Assembly: GCF_006345805.1 (NCBI RefSeq)
Contig: NC_043005.1
Span: 80,414,001-80,478,000, forward strand
DNA: 64,000 nt
DNA from: Octopus sinensis
Taxonomy: Eukaryota
Direction of reading: 5' to 3'
Position 1 is the first letter of the stretch. Each line of letters opens with the position of its first letter. The translations under genes were made by a program, and so were the position numbers. Below, one piece after another: positions 15,347-26,918 of the stretch. The notes under the pieces are model-generated. The model had not been told where the DNA came from, did no database searches, and saw nothing but the letters and a program-made list of their open reading frames with translations.

Positions 15347-15745
15347 ATATGTGACCTCGTGAAGACCACTTGCATTTTTTTCCCTCTGTCCTCCCACCTC
15401 AGGATCTTTCTTTCTCCTATGTTTCCGACGAAGAGCTCCGCTCGAAACGTCATACCCTCCTTCTTCCCTTCTTTCCTGAGCGCCCAATAATACTTTATTT
15501 GTTCCACATTCTCGCGTTGTTGTCTTTTTGTTCTCTTGTTTGGATTAACTTTACATATGTATATATATATATATATATATTCAACGAGCTTCTTTCCGTT
15601 TCCATCTATCAAATTCACTCAGAAGGCTTTGGTCGGCCTGAGGCTATAGTAGAAGACACTTGCCCAAGGTGCCACGCAGTGGGAATGAACCCGAAACTAT
15701 GTGGTTGGTAAGCAAGCTACTTACCACACAGTCACTCCTGCGCCT
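15019..15745 (-). mobile_element. SINE (family of 2201/32314) interrupted by a nested PLE fragment
   Basis: The 3' part 15019-15215 and 5' part 15575-15745 match the uninterrupted copy at 32314-32725. The insert sits in the internal (TA)n. Confidence 0.85.
15349..15553 (+). mobile_element. Penelope-like terminal fragment with minimal hammerhead motif (15421-15454)
   Basis: gtttCCGACGAagagctccgctcGAAACGTC. Closely similar to 16639-16846. Confidence 0.7.
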
Positions 15746-16165
15746 ATGTATGTATGTATGTATACAAATTCATACGCTGTTATTTCGTGTGTAAATTATA
15801 TGTTCTTATACACACCGCAATAATTAATACCCACAAACTCAAAAGCATGAAATTGTTCAATATTATAAAATATAATAAAGTGTACGTGATATGTGTGTGT
15901 ATAAACGTTCATATGCTGTCATTTTGTGTAGATTAGGTTCCATATACACATTGTAATGTCTAATGAAAGAAATATACATATGTGAGACTGTATATATGTT
16001 TGTTTTTGTGTGCTCAAGGGATATGGGACGGTGTTTGCAAGAAGAGAAGACATATTAAAATATTTTTCTTAAACAAAAGTTATTATTAATTGAATATCGA
16101 TCTGTTGATAAATATTAGAATAATGCATCCAAGTTCTGTCGTGTTCTAAAATACAAAAATACCAA

Positions 16166-16198
<33 letters not shown>

Positions 16199-16516
16199 AA
16201 AGAATCCAATATTAATTAGAATGTTATTATGTGATATTGCTATTTTCTTAATTCCAAGGCAAGAGAACGTTATTGATTCGAATGGAATTTAATTGTTAAT
16301 GGCGGAAAAAATAAAACATGGCGTAAAAAGACGTTGAAAGTCATTTATGCTTAAACCTTGTTTCTGTTTTCTATTAGCTTTGTTTACTTTCATTAATTCA
16401 CTCTCTGAATTTCCATCTAAAACATTTTTTCGTAAGCGCATTCATTATAGGGGCAATATTATATTAGTTTTAAAATTTATATACATATATAAACTCGCAC
16501 GCACAAATATATATGC

Positions 16517-16597
<81 letters not shown>

Positions 16598-16638
16598 ATA
16601 TATATATTGATATACATATATATTTACATTTACATATA

Positions 16639-16845
16639 TGTGACCTCGTGTGTACCGTTGGCGATTTTTTTTTCCTGTCTTCCCTTCTCTGGATCTTTCC
16701 TTCTCCTATGTTTCCGACGAAGAGCTCCGCTCGAAACGTTAAACCCTCCTTCTTTCCTTCTTTCCTGAGCGTCCAATAATACTATATTTGTTCCACGTCC
16801 TCGCGCTGTTGTGTTTTTTTTTTGTTTTCTTGTTTGGATTAACTT

Positions 16846-16846
<1 letters not shown>
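16639..16846 (+). mobile_element. Penelope-like terminal fragment with minimal hammerhead motif (16710-16744)
   Basis: gttt-CCGACGA-a-gagc-tcc-gctc-GAAA-cg-tt-aaac: stem I GTTT/AAAC, stem II GAGC/GCTC, palindromic ACGT stem III. Confidence 0.75.
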
Positions 16847-16940
<94 letters not shown>

Positions 16941-17039
16941 ACACACATACATATATATAGACACACACACATATATATATAGACACACACATATATATTT
17001 ACCATGCTGGAACGCTGAAATCTACAAGTTTTTTTTTTC

Positions 17040-17190
17040 AGTCTCTAGCTGTATATCTTTTCTTATTCCTTTCTCTTAAAGAGCCTAGGCTCGAAACGTG
17101 AAAGACTTTTCCATTTTCCCGAGCGTCAAACTAATACACATGCTTGTTGTTCATACACTTGATTTTGTCTTTTGTTTTTCTATAAATTTC
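17040..17190 (+). mobile_element. Penelope-like tail, degenerate hammerhead
   Basis: aaagagcctaggctcgaaacgtgaaagac plus the tail shared with 6800-6980. Confidence 0.55.
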
Positions 17191-18569
17191 ATATATATAT
17201 ATATGATATACACACACACACACACATATATACATATGCACACATATGGGCATAGATGCATTCATGTATAAATGTGTATATGTATGCGTACACGATATGT
17301 ATTGTTTTGAAAAACAAAAACAACCCAAAACGAGGAAAAACCTTGAGACTTTCATTTAAAATCTCGTTTTCGAATTAATTTTATCACTTTATACAACCGT
17401 TAGTATACTTGCACGCTTTAGCTTCAGTTATGCACCTTATTTATTCCTACTTAATAAAATAATACAACAGGGTTCCTGTAGGTATTGCAGTCAATAAGAT
17501 AAACATTAAATTAAAGAAAGAAGCTAAATGGCGATTTGTTGAATACAGCGTTAAAATGGAAATTTAGAATGAAATGTCCGATGAAACGAAGTGCGAAATT
17601 CATAATAGCAAAGGAAATGAAGGAAATATATGTTTCTATAACAGCAACGCCTAAAATTGACACCAGAAACATTTTTAATTCTAGTAATTATTGCATCGTC
17701 TTTATTTTGCACACCCGTACATACACACAAGCACACACATGTATTCACACACGCGCATACACTCAGACACATATATATGCATGAGTATGTAGGTATGCAT
17801 GTATGTATGTATATATGTATGTATATATGACAGGGACTATCTACGTAGGCCCACATTTCTTTGACTGTATCCTCCGGAAGATGGACCTTTGCACAAGAAA
17901 TATAGAATGGGTAACAGCATTTCTCTCCGCAATCTTAAGAGCCTTCCTCATTTATTTTTTCATTTATAATTCTACTTACATATACTGCATATTTGTACTT
18001 ATGCGTGTGTGAGTGTGCGTGTGTGTGTCTCTGTCTGTGCGTGCTAATATTCATTCTTATATAAATGCGCGTGTGTGTATGTATACATTTCCACAAACCT
18101 ATCACATAAAGTTGATTCCCTTTCTTTCGTTCACATGTAATGTCATTCGCTCCATCTTTGTAAGTCTTTCTTCAGCTCATCCTTTGATAATTTATCATTT
18201 CCAATTTAAATAACTGCGAAGAGTGAAAGAGTAGATTTAAAGATTCCCCTGAAGTTTTTGTGGTAACTCTTAATACGGGCAAGTGTATGCTCTGTACGAA
18301 AGTAGTTTTGTCAATACAGTTTGTGAATATATATATATATAATATATATATATATACATATGTATGTATACAGGTTTGTGTGTTTTTATTATGTATGGAT
18401 ATATGTGTTGTATTATTCTTGCTCTTATATACATTTGTATATATATATATATATACACGCATATACACATAGACATGTACTCACGCATATATATGTATAG
18501 ATCTATAGAGTGAGCAACCGAAAGAATCTGAATGGTATATACCTAAATACATACATACATATACATACA

Positions 18570-18628
<59 letters not shown>

Positions 18629-18734
18629 TATTATATATATATATGCACATATTTAAATATATGTTTGTATTCGTGGCAGACTGCTGGAGTATATTTCTAA
18701 ATATTACAATATACATACATACATATATACATAC

Positions 18735-18809
<75 letters not shown>

Positions 18810-19019
18810 GAATATGTACAAATCTATATGTTTGAAGCTAAGTCGTTTTTGTTCGATTCAGCTATATTCGCAAACTATCTCTTACAAATACGTACTTTTT
18901 GAAAAAAGTAAAATGAAATACAATAAAGAATGACATATAAAAATATACATCAAAATAACAAGAAGAAGAAAGAAATATAAAGAATATTTTAAAAACTGAT
19001 TTGCAAGAAAGAGGCATAA

Positions 19020-19058
19020 AATAATAACAACAATACAAATAACAACAACAACAACAAC

Positions 19059-19093
<35 letters not shown>

Positions 19094-19122
19094 TAATAAT
19101 AATGATAATAATAATAATAATG

Positions 19123-19178
<56 letters not shown>

Positions 19179-19250
19179 TATAATAATAATAATTGATGAT
19201 GATGATGCTGATGATGCTGATGATGCTGATGCTGATGATGATGATATAAT
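19020..19250. repeat. (AAC)n/(TAA)n/(GAT)n microsatellite
   Basis: Direct reading. Confidence 0.95.
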
Positions 19251-19700
19251 ACAAAAAGGTGAAGATAGGCAAAAACCAAAAAAGAAATGTATGATATGTT
19301 AAATATATATTTTTTTTTGAAAAGCTGTTTCACACCAGGGTTGCTATTTAGTTTCGTTTCAGATAGTTGCTTGAAACACAAATAGACCTAAGCTAGCATG
19401 CTGGGGTTGACAAGAATGCACGCAAAGGATGAGAGAAAGCAACTGGAAGTGGCGACAGACCGGAACTTGCAAGCATGCTATGGGCTTGCAATGAATGGCT
19501 CAACGGGGAACTTAAAAAAGTCTCCTAAAAGCTCATTCACTTGTTTTATTCTTGAGGGTATGGTTCGATTGTATGGCCAAGAATAGTGTCTAATGAAAAA
19601 AAGGTTTCTTTTCAAGATAGAGAAAATACGTTCGGCATCAGAATACTTAGTCAGTATTATGTGGCGTAATCCGGTTGCCGGTCTGGCCGTATTAGCTTAC

Positions 19701-19752
19701 CAAAGACTTGGAATATGGCAAAATAAAGAGTGAAAGAGAAAGACAGCAATAG
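19701..19752 (-). CDS. Candidate 52-nt internal exon encoding a hydrophobic segment (e.g. [18 protein letters not shown])
   Basis: Long polypyrimidine tract plus cag acceptor (tttttttccattttttctttgtggcag) and TG|gtaagc donor. Open in all three frames; no homology recognised. Confidence 0.3.
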
Positions 19753-19979
19753 CTGCCACAAAGAAAAAATGGAAAAAAAGAAACACTCGCATACACCATA
19801 ATGAAAAAAAAAATACAAGACACGAAAGTACACACCTTTTCTAGCTCCGTGTTTGGCTCGCTTTATGTTTGTCTTATGTGACATATATACGTGATTGGGT
19901 TTGTACAAATATATGTGTATGTGTATGTATGTATCTATGTATGTATGTATGTGTGTGTCTAAATATATGTATATATGTG

Positions 19980-20046
<67 letters not shown>

Positions 20047-20203
20047 AAGATGTCTGTATGTAAATATATATGTAGGTACGTAGGTTTTTATGCATGTATG
20101 AATAATATATATATACATATATATATATGTGTGTATGTGTGTGTGTGTGTGTGTTTGTGTGTGTGTTTGTGTCTTTGTGTGGTGTTTGTGTCTTTGTGTG
20201 TGC

Positions 20204-20253
<50 letters not shown>

Positions 20254-20333
20254 ATATAAATACACATACGCAAATATTCATATAAATGCATACATGAACG
20301 TTAGCAGACTATATATGTGTGAGTGTGTGTGCG

Positions 20334-20364
<31 letters not shown>

Positions 20365-20855
20365 TATATGTATGTATGTATATGTATATATGTGTGTGTG
20401 TGTTCGTTTATGTTTGTACCTTCTAAAAATCTCCCAAATCTCTTTATATAGTCCATTTAACGAACATTGTGCATCTTGTGTGAAATCCCATATCACATCC
20501 ACAAAACATTCACGCACGTACCCCCTATACGCTGACACCCATAGACACACATATAGATCTAACGGCATATATTTACGTGCGTTTTCATATATACAAATAC
20601 TCACACATATATCCATATGAGTTGTGTGTATATGCCTACGTATGTCATTGAATACGTTTATGCGTATTCTATTCGTAATCCATGCTCCCTTGTATAGCGT
20701 ATGTCGATATATTACTTTAGATATTTTTCGCTAGATATTTTCTTGAAATACATGTTTACAACTCACAGCAGATAGCACGCACCTATACCGAATATACGTA
20801 TGTATAGGGGGATATCTATAAATATAAATACATATCCATATTCATATTTACAAAA

Positions 20856-20891
<36 letters not shown>

Positions 20892-20919
20892 GGAGCTAAA
20901 AATTGACCTTGAACACTTC

Positions 20920-21410
20920 TGTGCATGCGCACTACGTTATAACGTCATAGCTCATTTCTGCTGTTTACAGCAGTGCTTGGAAAGATGGTGTGTAGTGTGT
21001 GGTCGTCGCAATCACCATGACAGTGAAAATACTCATGGCGACATCTGCTCAGAGGCCTCCGCAAAGTTGCAGAAACTGTATGGAGAGGTGTGTATGAGCC
21101 GCACACAATATTGACGAACGTTCTTGGAAACATTCAAACTGCATAACTGAGTGAAGCATCCCAAATGTGCGTGCATCTGTGAGGAGAAATCGTCGAACCC
21201 CCATTCATGAGTTCTCAGAGGATATGCAGATTAGTTACGGTTCAGTTCAGTCCATTGTCACCGATGATTTGGGTATGCAATGCATGTCTGCCAAGTCCGT
21301 GCCAAAACAGCTTTTAGCTAACCAAGAAGACACTCGGGTTTCAGTTGCTCAAAATCTTCATTGTGTCGAGAAAGATGAAAACTTTTCGAAAACTTTGCAT
21401 AGTTACGTCG
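20920..21410 (+). mobile_element. Mariner transposase N-terminal fragment (HTH region), internally deleted pseudogene
   Basis: EASAKLQKLYGEVCMSRTQ / DERS / ASVRRNRRTPIHEFSEDMQISYGSVQSIVTDDLGMQCMSAKSVPK matches the mariner HTH and the SAKWVP-like linker. Confidence 0.8.
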
Positions 21411-21809
21411 ACCAAAATTTGAACCCCATAACACTAACACACTTACAGAGATAAATCAAGCAATTCTCTTAATCTTTGAAATATTTAACTCGTGAAACAA
21501 CGATTTATTTTATTTTGATTCAGAGTATTACATGTGTCTTGCTAGAAGCATCCGACGTTTGTTGCACCAGGGATATGATTCTTGTGATGGGAATTTGATG
21601 AGGTTTGATCCATCAGTTTCAAAGCGTTGGTACAGACGTTTGATGATGTGTATTGAAATAGAAGTACATAAATACACACGGATACTGATGTATGAGTTTG
21701 CAGGTATGTTTGTATATATTAGGTGTGTGAATCGAATGTGAGCATCTGTATAAAGCAATGGCATACTTAACGGCCTCTGCTTATTCGCTTTCCGTTTTAC
21801 AGATAGGGT

Positions 21810-21822
21810 GACAATGATGAGG

Positions 21823-21854
<32 letters not shown>

Positions 21855-21919
21855 GATGATGATGATGATGACGATGGTAATGATGATGATGACGACGGCG
21901 ACGACGACGATGGTGATAG

Positions 21920-21952
<33 letters not shown>

Positions 21953-21975
21953 CGACGACGACGACGATGATGATG
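21810..21975. repeat. (GAT/GAC)n microsatellite
   Basis: Direct reading. Confidence 0.95.
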
Positions 21976-22409
21976 TGTAAAGAGATTAAGCATTAATACA
22001 TTTTAAAACAGATTTGCTATCATGAATACTCTGACAATACCCGTCCATAATCAAACGAATATATAAAAGCGATTTGCCTTTTTTATTATTTTTAAGATAA
22101 TATATTCTGTTTTTTCCGTATTAAAAACAGGTGAGCATTCGTGATAGTTCTATGCGTTGTATTGATGTAAGGAATCTGACATTTCGGACTCGAGCCTTTG
22201 GTCAGAACATGATGCAACGGGAGATGATCATATTGTTGATTTTCGTTGTAGGCAACATGGTATTTTTCTTCCTTGCTCGAGCTCAGACACTGGAAACAAT
22301 AGTTCCTTCGTTTTTCACTGTTTCAAAACTTATTCATCTTTTGCACAAAATATACTGTGATCATGAAAATCCCGAATTCACTTGAATTATGAACGTCCCC
22401 ATTTATTCC

Positions 22410-22440
<31 letters not shown>

Positions 22441-22815
22441 TGTATGTTGGTAGGTAGGTAGATAGGTAAGTAGGTAGGTAGGTAGGTAGGTAGGTAGGTA
22501 GGTAGGTAGGTAGTTAGGTAGGTAGGCAGGTAGGTAGGCAGGTAGGTAGGCAGGTTGGTAGGTAGGTAGATATGTAGGTAGGTAGGTAGGTAGGTAGGTA
22601 GGTAAGTTGGTAGGCAGGTAGGTAGGTAGGTAGGTATGTAGGTAGATAGGTGGGGAGGTAGGTAGGTAGGTAGGTAGGTAGGTAGGTAGGTAGGTAGGTA
22701 GGTAGGTAGGTAGGTAGGTAGGTAGGTAGGTAGGTAGGTAGTTAGGTAGGTAGGTAAGTTGGTAAGTAGATAGGTAGGTTGGTTGGTAGGTAGGTAGGCA
22801 TGTATGTATGTATGT
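22410..22815. repeat. (TATG)n + interrupted (TAGG)n array
   Basis: Direct reading; source of the LPTY ORF. Confidence 0.95.
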
Positions 22816-22826
22816 ATATATATGTA

Positions 22827-23142
22827 CGTGGGGGTGCTGAAAATTTCCTGGCTTTGAGTAACAGAAAATATAGGAGGATCCGTTAATTATGATTTTATCT
22901 AACATATTCCCTTCTCAGGTTCACACGCTTATTGCAGCGGTCCTTCAGTTTGGGCCTCCAAGTAGGCCTTTCCCGATACCCTTAAAGTCAGGAACTTCTC
23001 AGTTCCCGTTCCAAAGTGTCCAGATTTCAAATTCCACCGAGGTAATGTTTTTCTAAGCCCTGCAAAAGGACTCAAAAGGCTGGACTTTCAACTAGGCCTT
23101 TCTCGATAACCTTCAAGTCAAGAAAGTTTTAGCACCCCCTCG
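22827..23142. mobile_element. Tc1/mariner-type MITE
   Basis: Imperfect TIRs cgtgggggtgctgaaaatttcctggctttga / tcaagtcaagaaagttttagcaccccctcg, with TA at the left end. Related copy at 47861. Confidence 0.75.
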
Positions 23143-23226
23143 AACGTAAGTATGTATGCATATATGTAATTATGTATGTATGTATGTATGTATGTATGTA
23201 TGTATGTATGTATGTATGTATGTATG

Positions 23227-23257
<31 letters not shown>

Positions 23258-23286
23258 GTATGTATGTATGTATGTATGTAAGTATG

Positions 23287-23340
<54 letters not shown>

Positions 23341-24125
23341 AATAAATGCCTAAAAATGTGTGTTCGTGTATATGTCGCACAGAGAAACGAAACCCATTAC
23401 ACTAATCCCTCACCATATCGTGGTTCACCTGTCGCGGTTCACCTATCACACGTTCAGTACATCGTAGTTCACTTATCGCACACTCAATACATCACGGATT
23501 GTTTCTGGCTATTTTATGTAAATTTATATTGCGGACTGCTCAGAATATTCGGGTTGCTGCAGTCGATAGTTATTTATATTTTTTTAGATTCTAATTATTT
23601 CTGAGGGAGGTTTTGAAACGTTACACGCGCGGTGGACGTGGGATTACTGTATAACGTTACTGCACAACAGAAGTGTTAAGCACACAACCGTGTCTGCAAT
23701 TATACACACATAGACTTGTGTGCTCATACACTCACATTCACATATCTACACATGGTTTAAACAATGCAGATGGTGCTTAAAAAAACTTAGGCTCCCCTAA
23801 AATGCAGGTGTAACACTCATACAACCCTAGACCTCCACGCTAACATTTTTTTTTTGTCTTTTAATAATAATAAGAGACGTTTTGTAAAGCTGGCAAAAAT
23901 ATAATTTGATTATCATTTACTCCCATTCAAGAAGTAGTCAGTATGTTATAGATATGCATTCTGCCTGACAGTGGTGTTAATATGATATCCATCACTATAA
24001 TGACACAATTTTAAGATAAAGTTTGAAACATGGGCAATAAATAACAATGAAGGAGAACGAAGTATTTCAAATATAAACTGTTAATAATAATAATAATAAT
24101 GATAATAATAATAATAATGATAATA

Positions 24126-24182
<57 letters not shown>

Positions 24183-24907
24183 GACCAAAGCCTCCCCACC
24201 AGAAATTACCAAAAACATGTAATGAAAAGAAATATTACAAGTAACTGCAGAATATGTGGAGATGGACAAGAAACAATAAATCATATTATCTCTAGCTGCC
24301 CAGTCCTGGCTAAGAAGGAATATATTCACAGACATGACAGAGTTGGAACCTACATACATTGGAAGCTATGCCAACATTATGGAATAACAACAGAAAAAAG
24401 ATGGTATAGGCACACACCAGAAAAGGTCACAGAAAACGAGAAAGCAACCATACTCTGGATATGCCGATACACACAGATAGAGAAATTAAGGCCAACAGAC
24501 CAGATATAGTTGTCAGAGATCATGAAGAAAAAAAATGCTTTCTAATTGATGTATCAATACCGGCAGATGACACGTGTCTCTAAAAGAAATGGAGAAACTC
24601 TCAAAATACAAAGACCTGGAAATAGAGGTAACTAGAATGTGGAACCTGAAAACAGAAACAATTCCTATCATAGTAGGTGCATTAGGCATGATAAAAAAAT
24701 ATTCAGACAAATACATAACAAAAACACCAGGACTTACAAACACATATAACATACAGAAAATTGCACTACTAGGCACTGCACACATCCTACGCAGAACACT
24801 TTCCATACAATAACCATCAGAGCATCACAACAAATCACAGCACATACCCAAGGCACACAGAGCTGCGCTCGGTAGTGAAGTGAAAGCACGCTATAAAAAT
24901 AAAACTA

Positions 24908-24910
<3 letters not shown>
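24183..24910 (+). mobile_element. 5'-truncated R4/Dong-clade non-LTR retrotransposon inserted in (TAA)n
   Basis: DQSLPTRNY..CRICGDGQETINHIISSC (CCHC), RHD, RPDIV..LIDVSIP (REL endonuclease), IIVGALG, stop at 24811-24813, 3' UTR. Flanked by (TAA)n on both sides; two 1-nt frameshifts. Confidence 0.92.
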
Positions 24911-24946
<36 letters not shown>

Positions 24947-25365
24947 GTAAGTATGACTGTACAGGTATAATATTGCAATTTAGTAATTTGATATTTTGTA
25001 TATTTGCTGGAGAGCTTTATTCTGCAACGGTTTTTATGAGAACAAACAGATTTTATTTTTAAAGAAAGGTAAAACGTGAAAAGAATATTCGTCACCTTTT
25101 AGTAGAATACGCCTTAATTTCGACAGCCTTAACTTGTAGAATGATGGAAGCAGTCAGTCAATGTTCTACAGATCCCTTCCTCTACAGACTTACATACATA
25201 AACAGATATAGGCATAAACATAGGTGTGTGCTTGTGCGTGCGTATACACATACACGCACCTATGTCAAAACATGTGTTATTAATGTTTAACGAATGTCCA
25301 CAAAAGGTTATTTTTATTAAGCCTGAAGAAGCCACAAGACTAATTAGCAAACTCAATGTATATAC

Positions 25366-25422
<57 letters not shown>

Positions 25423-25898
25423 GAGAGAGAGGCATATATATATACATTTTATTTCTGGTGAAGGCCGGTTTATGGGGTTTCCCGTGCATATAATGTTTAA
25501 CTTTATGGCGTAACGTTAGACTTCAAGACCTATTGGCCTAGGACGTTTTTAAAATACACACACACATATATATATCCACAAATATACACACTCACATATA
25601 TAAAGATACACACGCATACATACGCGCACACACACAAACACACACACGTTTGAGGGAACGAAACAGAAGTGGCACTCAGCAAATATGTTCGGAGTTAGAT
25701 AAATTATTCGGCAACAGTTCGACTTCGATTCGGCTCCTGAAGAACTAGATTTGTCTGACGCGCCCACGAATCTAAGTTCCATTGGACTGAATAAAACTGT
25801 TATTAAAGTATTCATAAATACATACACAGGCCAACACATATATACATACATACAATTTCTTACTATTTACACACACACACATGAACAAACACACACAT

Positions 25899-25929
<31 letters not shown>

Positions 25930-26023
25930 CATATATACATATATATATATATATACACACAACAAAGGGGAAGAGAAACAGAGATAGGGAGAGATAGAGA
26001 GGGAGGGAGGGAGAGAGAGAGAG

Positions 26024-26200
26024 AAGGCGGCAAGCTGGCACAAACGTCTGTCTTTACGTTCTGAGTTCAAATTCCACCGAGGTCGAACTTGCCTTATTCT
26101 TTCAGGGTTGATAAATTAAGTATCAGTTGCGTACTGGGGTCGATCTAATCGACTGTCCCTACTCCAAAATTTCGGGTCTAGTGCCTAGAGTAGAAAACGA
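26024..26200 (+). mobile_element. Nin/Deu-like tRNA SINE
   Basis: aggcggcaagctggca...gttctgagttcaaattccaccgaggtcg...ggggtcgatctaatcgac. Confidence 0.8.
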
Positions 26201-26639
26201 TATATATGTATATATACACACATGCATATATGTTAAGGGAAGCTCCAAAGATCAAGGTGTAGGAAGTTAGTGAGGCTCAAGTAATCAGTAGATGATATAA
26301 AAATTTACTTTCTGGAACAAAAGAGGTTTACTGGCGCAGAAGGTTTCTTTTCTGTGATGAAGTACGATAAGACGAAAAAATTAAATTTTGTAGTTGATGG
26401 TTAGCAACACGCGTTGTTACATATGCGAATAAACCTTCAAAATTTAGGTGTTGATAAAATCAAGACAACAATATTTCATAGCAAGTACAACTTCAGAAGT
26501 AACAAATTATTGAAATGTTGTTGTAGGCCGCACGTTTCTCTTCAGGCCACCTTAAGTATATGCAGTTTACATTTTCGTTAGGAGATCCTGTGTTAACATA
26601 TAAATATACATGTATATATATATTTGAACATATATATAC

Positions 26640-26683
<44 letters not shown>

Positions 26684-26719
26684 TCACATATATACTTACA
26701 CTCACTTATATACATACTC

Positions 26720-26848
26720 TTCTGTTGGCCTGCTCGCTTAGCCAGCGGGGTGGCGTCATTTGAAGGCTAAAACAATGCGAAGCGCATTGTGACCAGCGAT
26801 GTGTAGAAACATCTGATAGCCTGGTCGGTCACGGTGATCACGGTGATA
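26720..26848 (+). mobile_element. LINE 3'-end fragment (RTE-like tail)
   Basis: gtggcgtcatttgaaggctaaaacaatgcgaagcgcattgtgaccagcgatg...gtcacggtgatcacggtgat ending in a short tandem tail. Family assignment by recall only. Confidence 0.4.
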
Positions 26849-26864
26849 TACATGCATACATACA

Positions 26865-26896
<32 letters not shown>

Positions 26897-26918
26897 CATA
26901 TATAACTGTATACATATA

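Noticed and set aside
22445-22800. Telomere-like array
   Set aside because: The motif is (TAGG)n, not the (TTAGGG)n expected for molluscs; an ordinary interstitial microsatellite.
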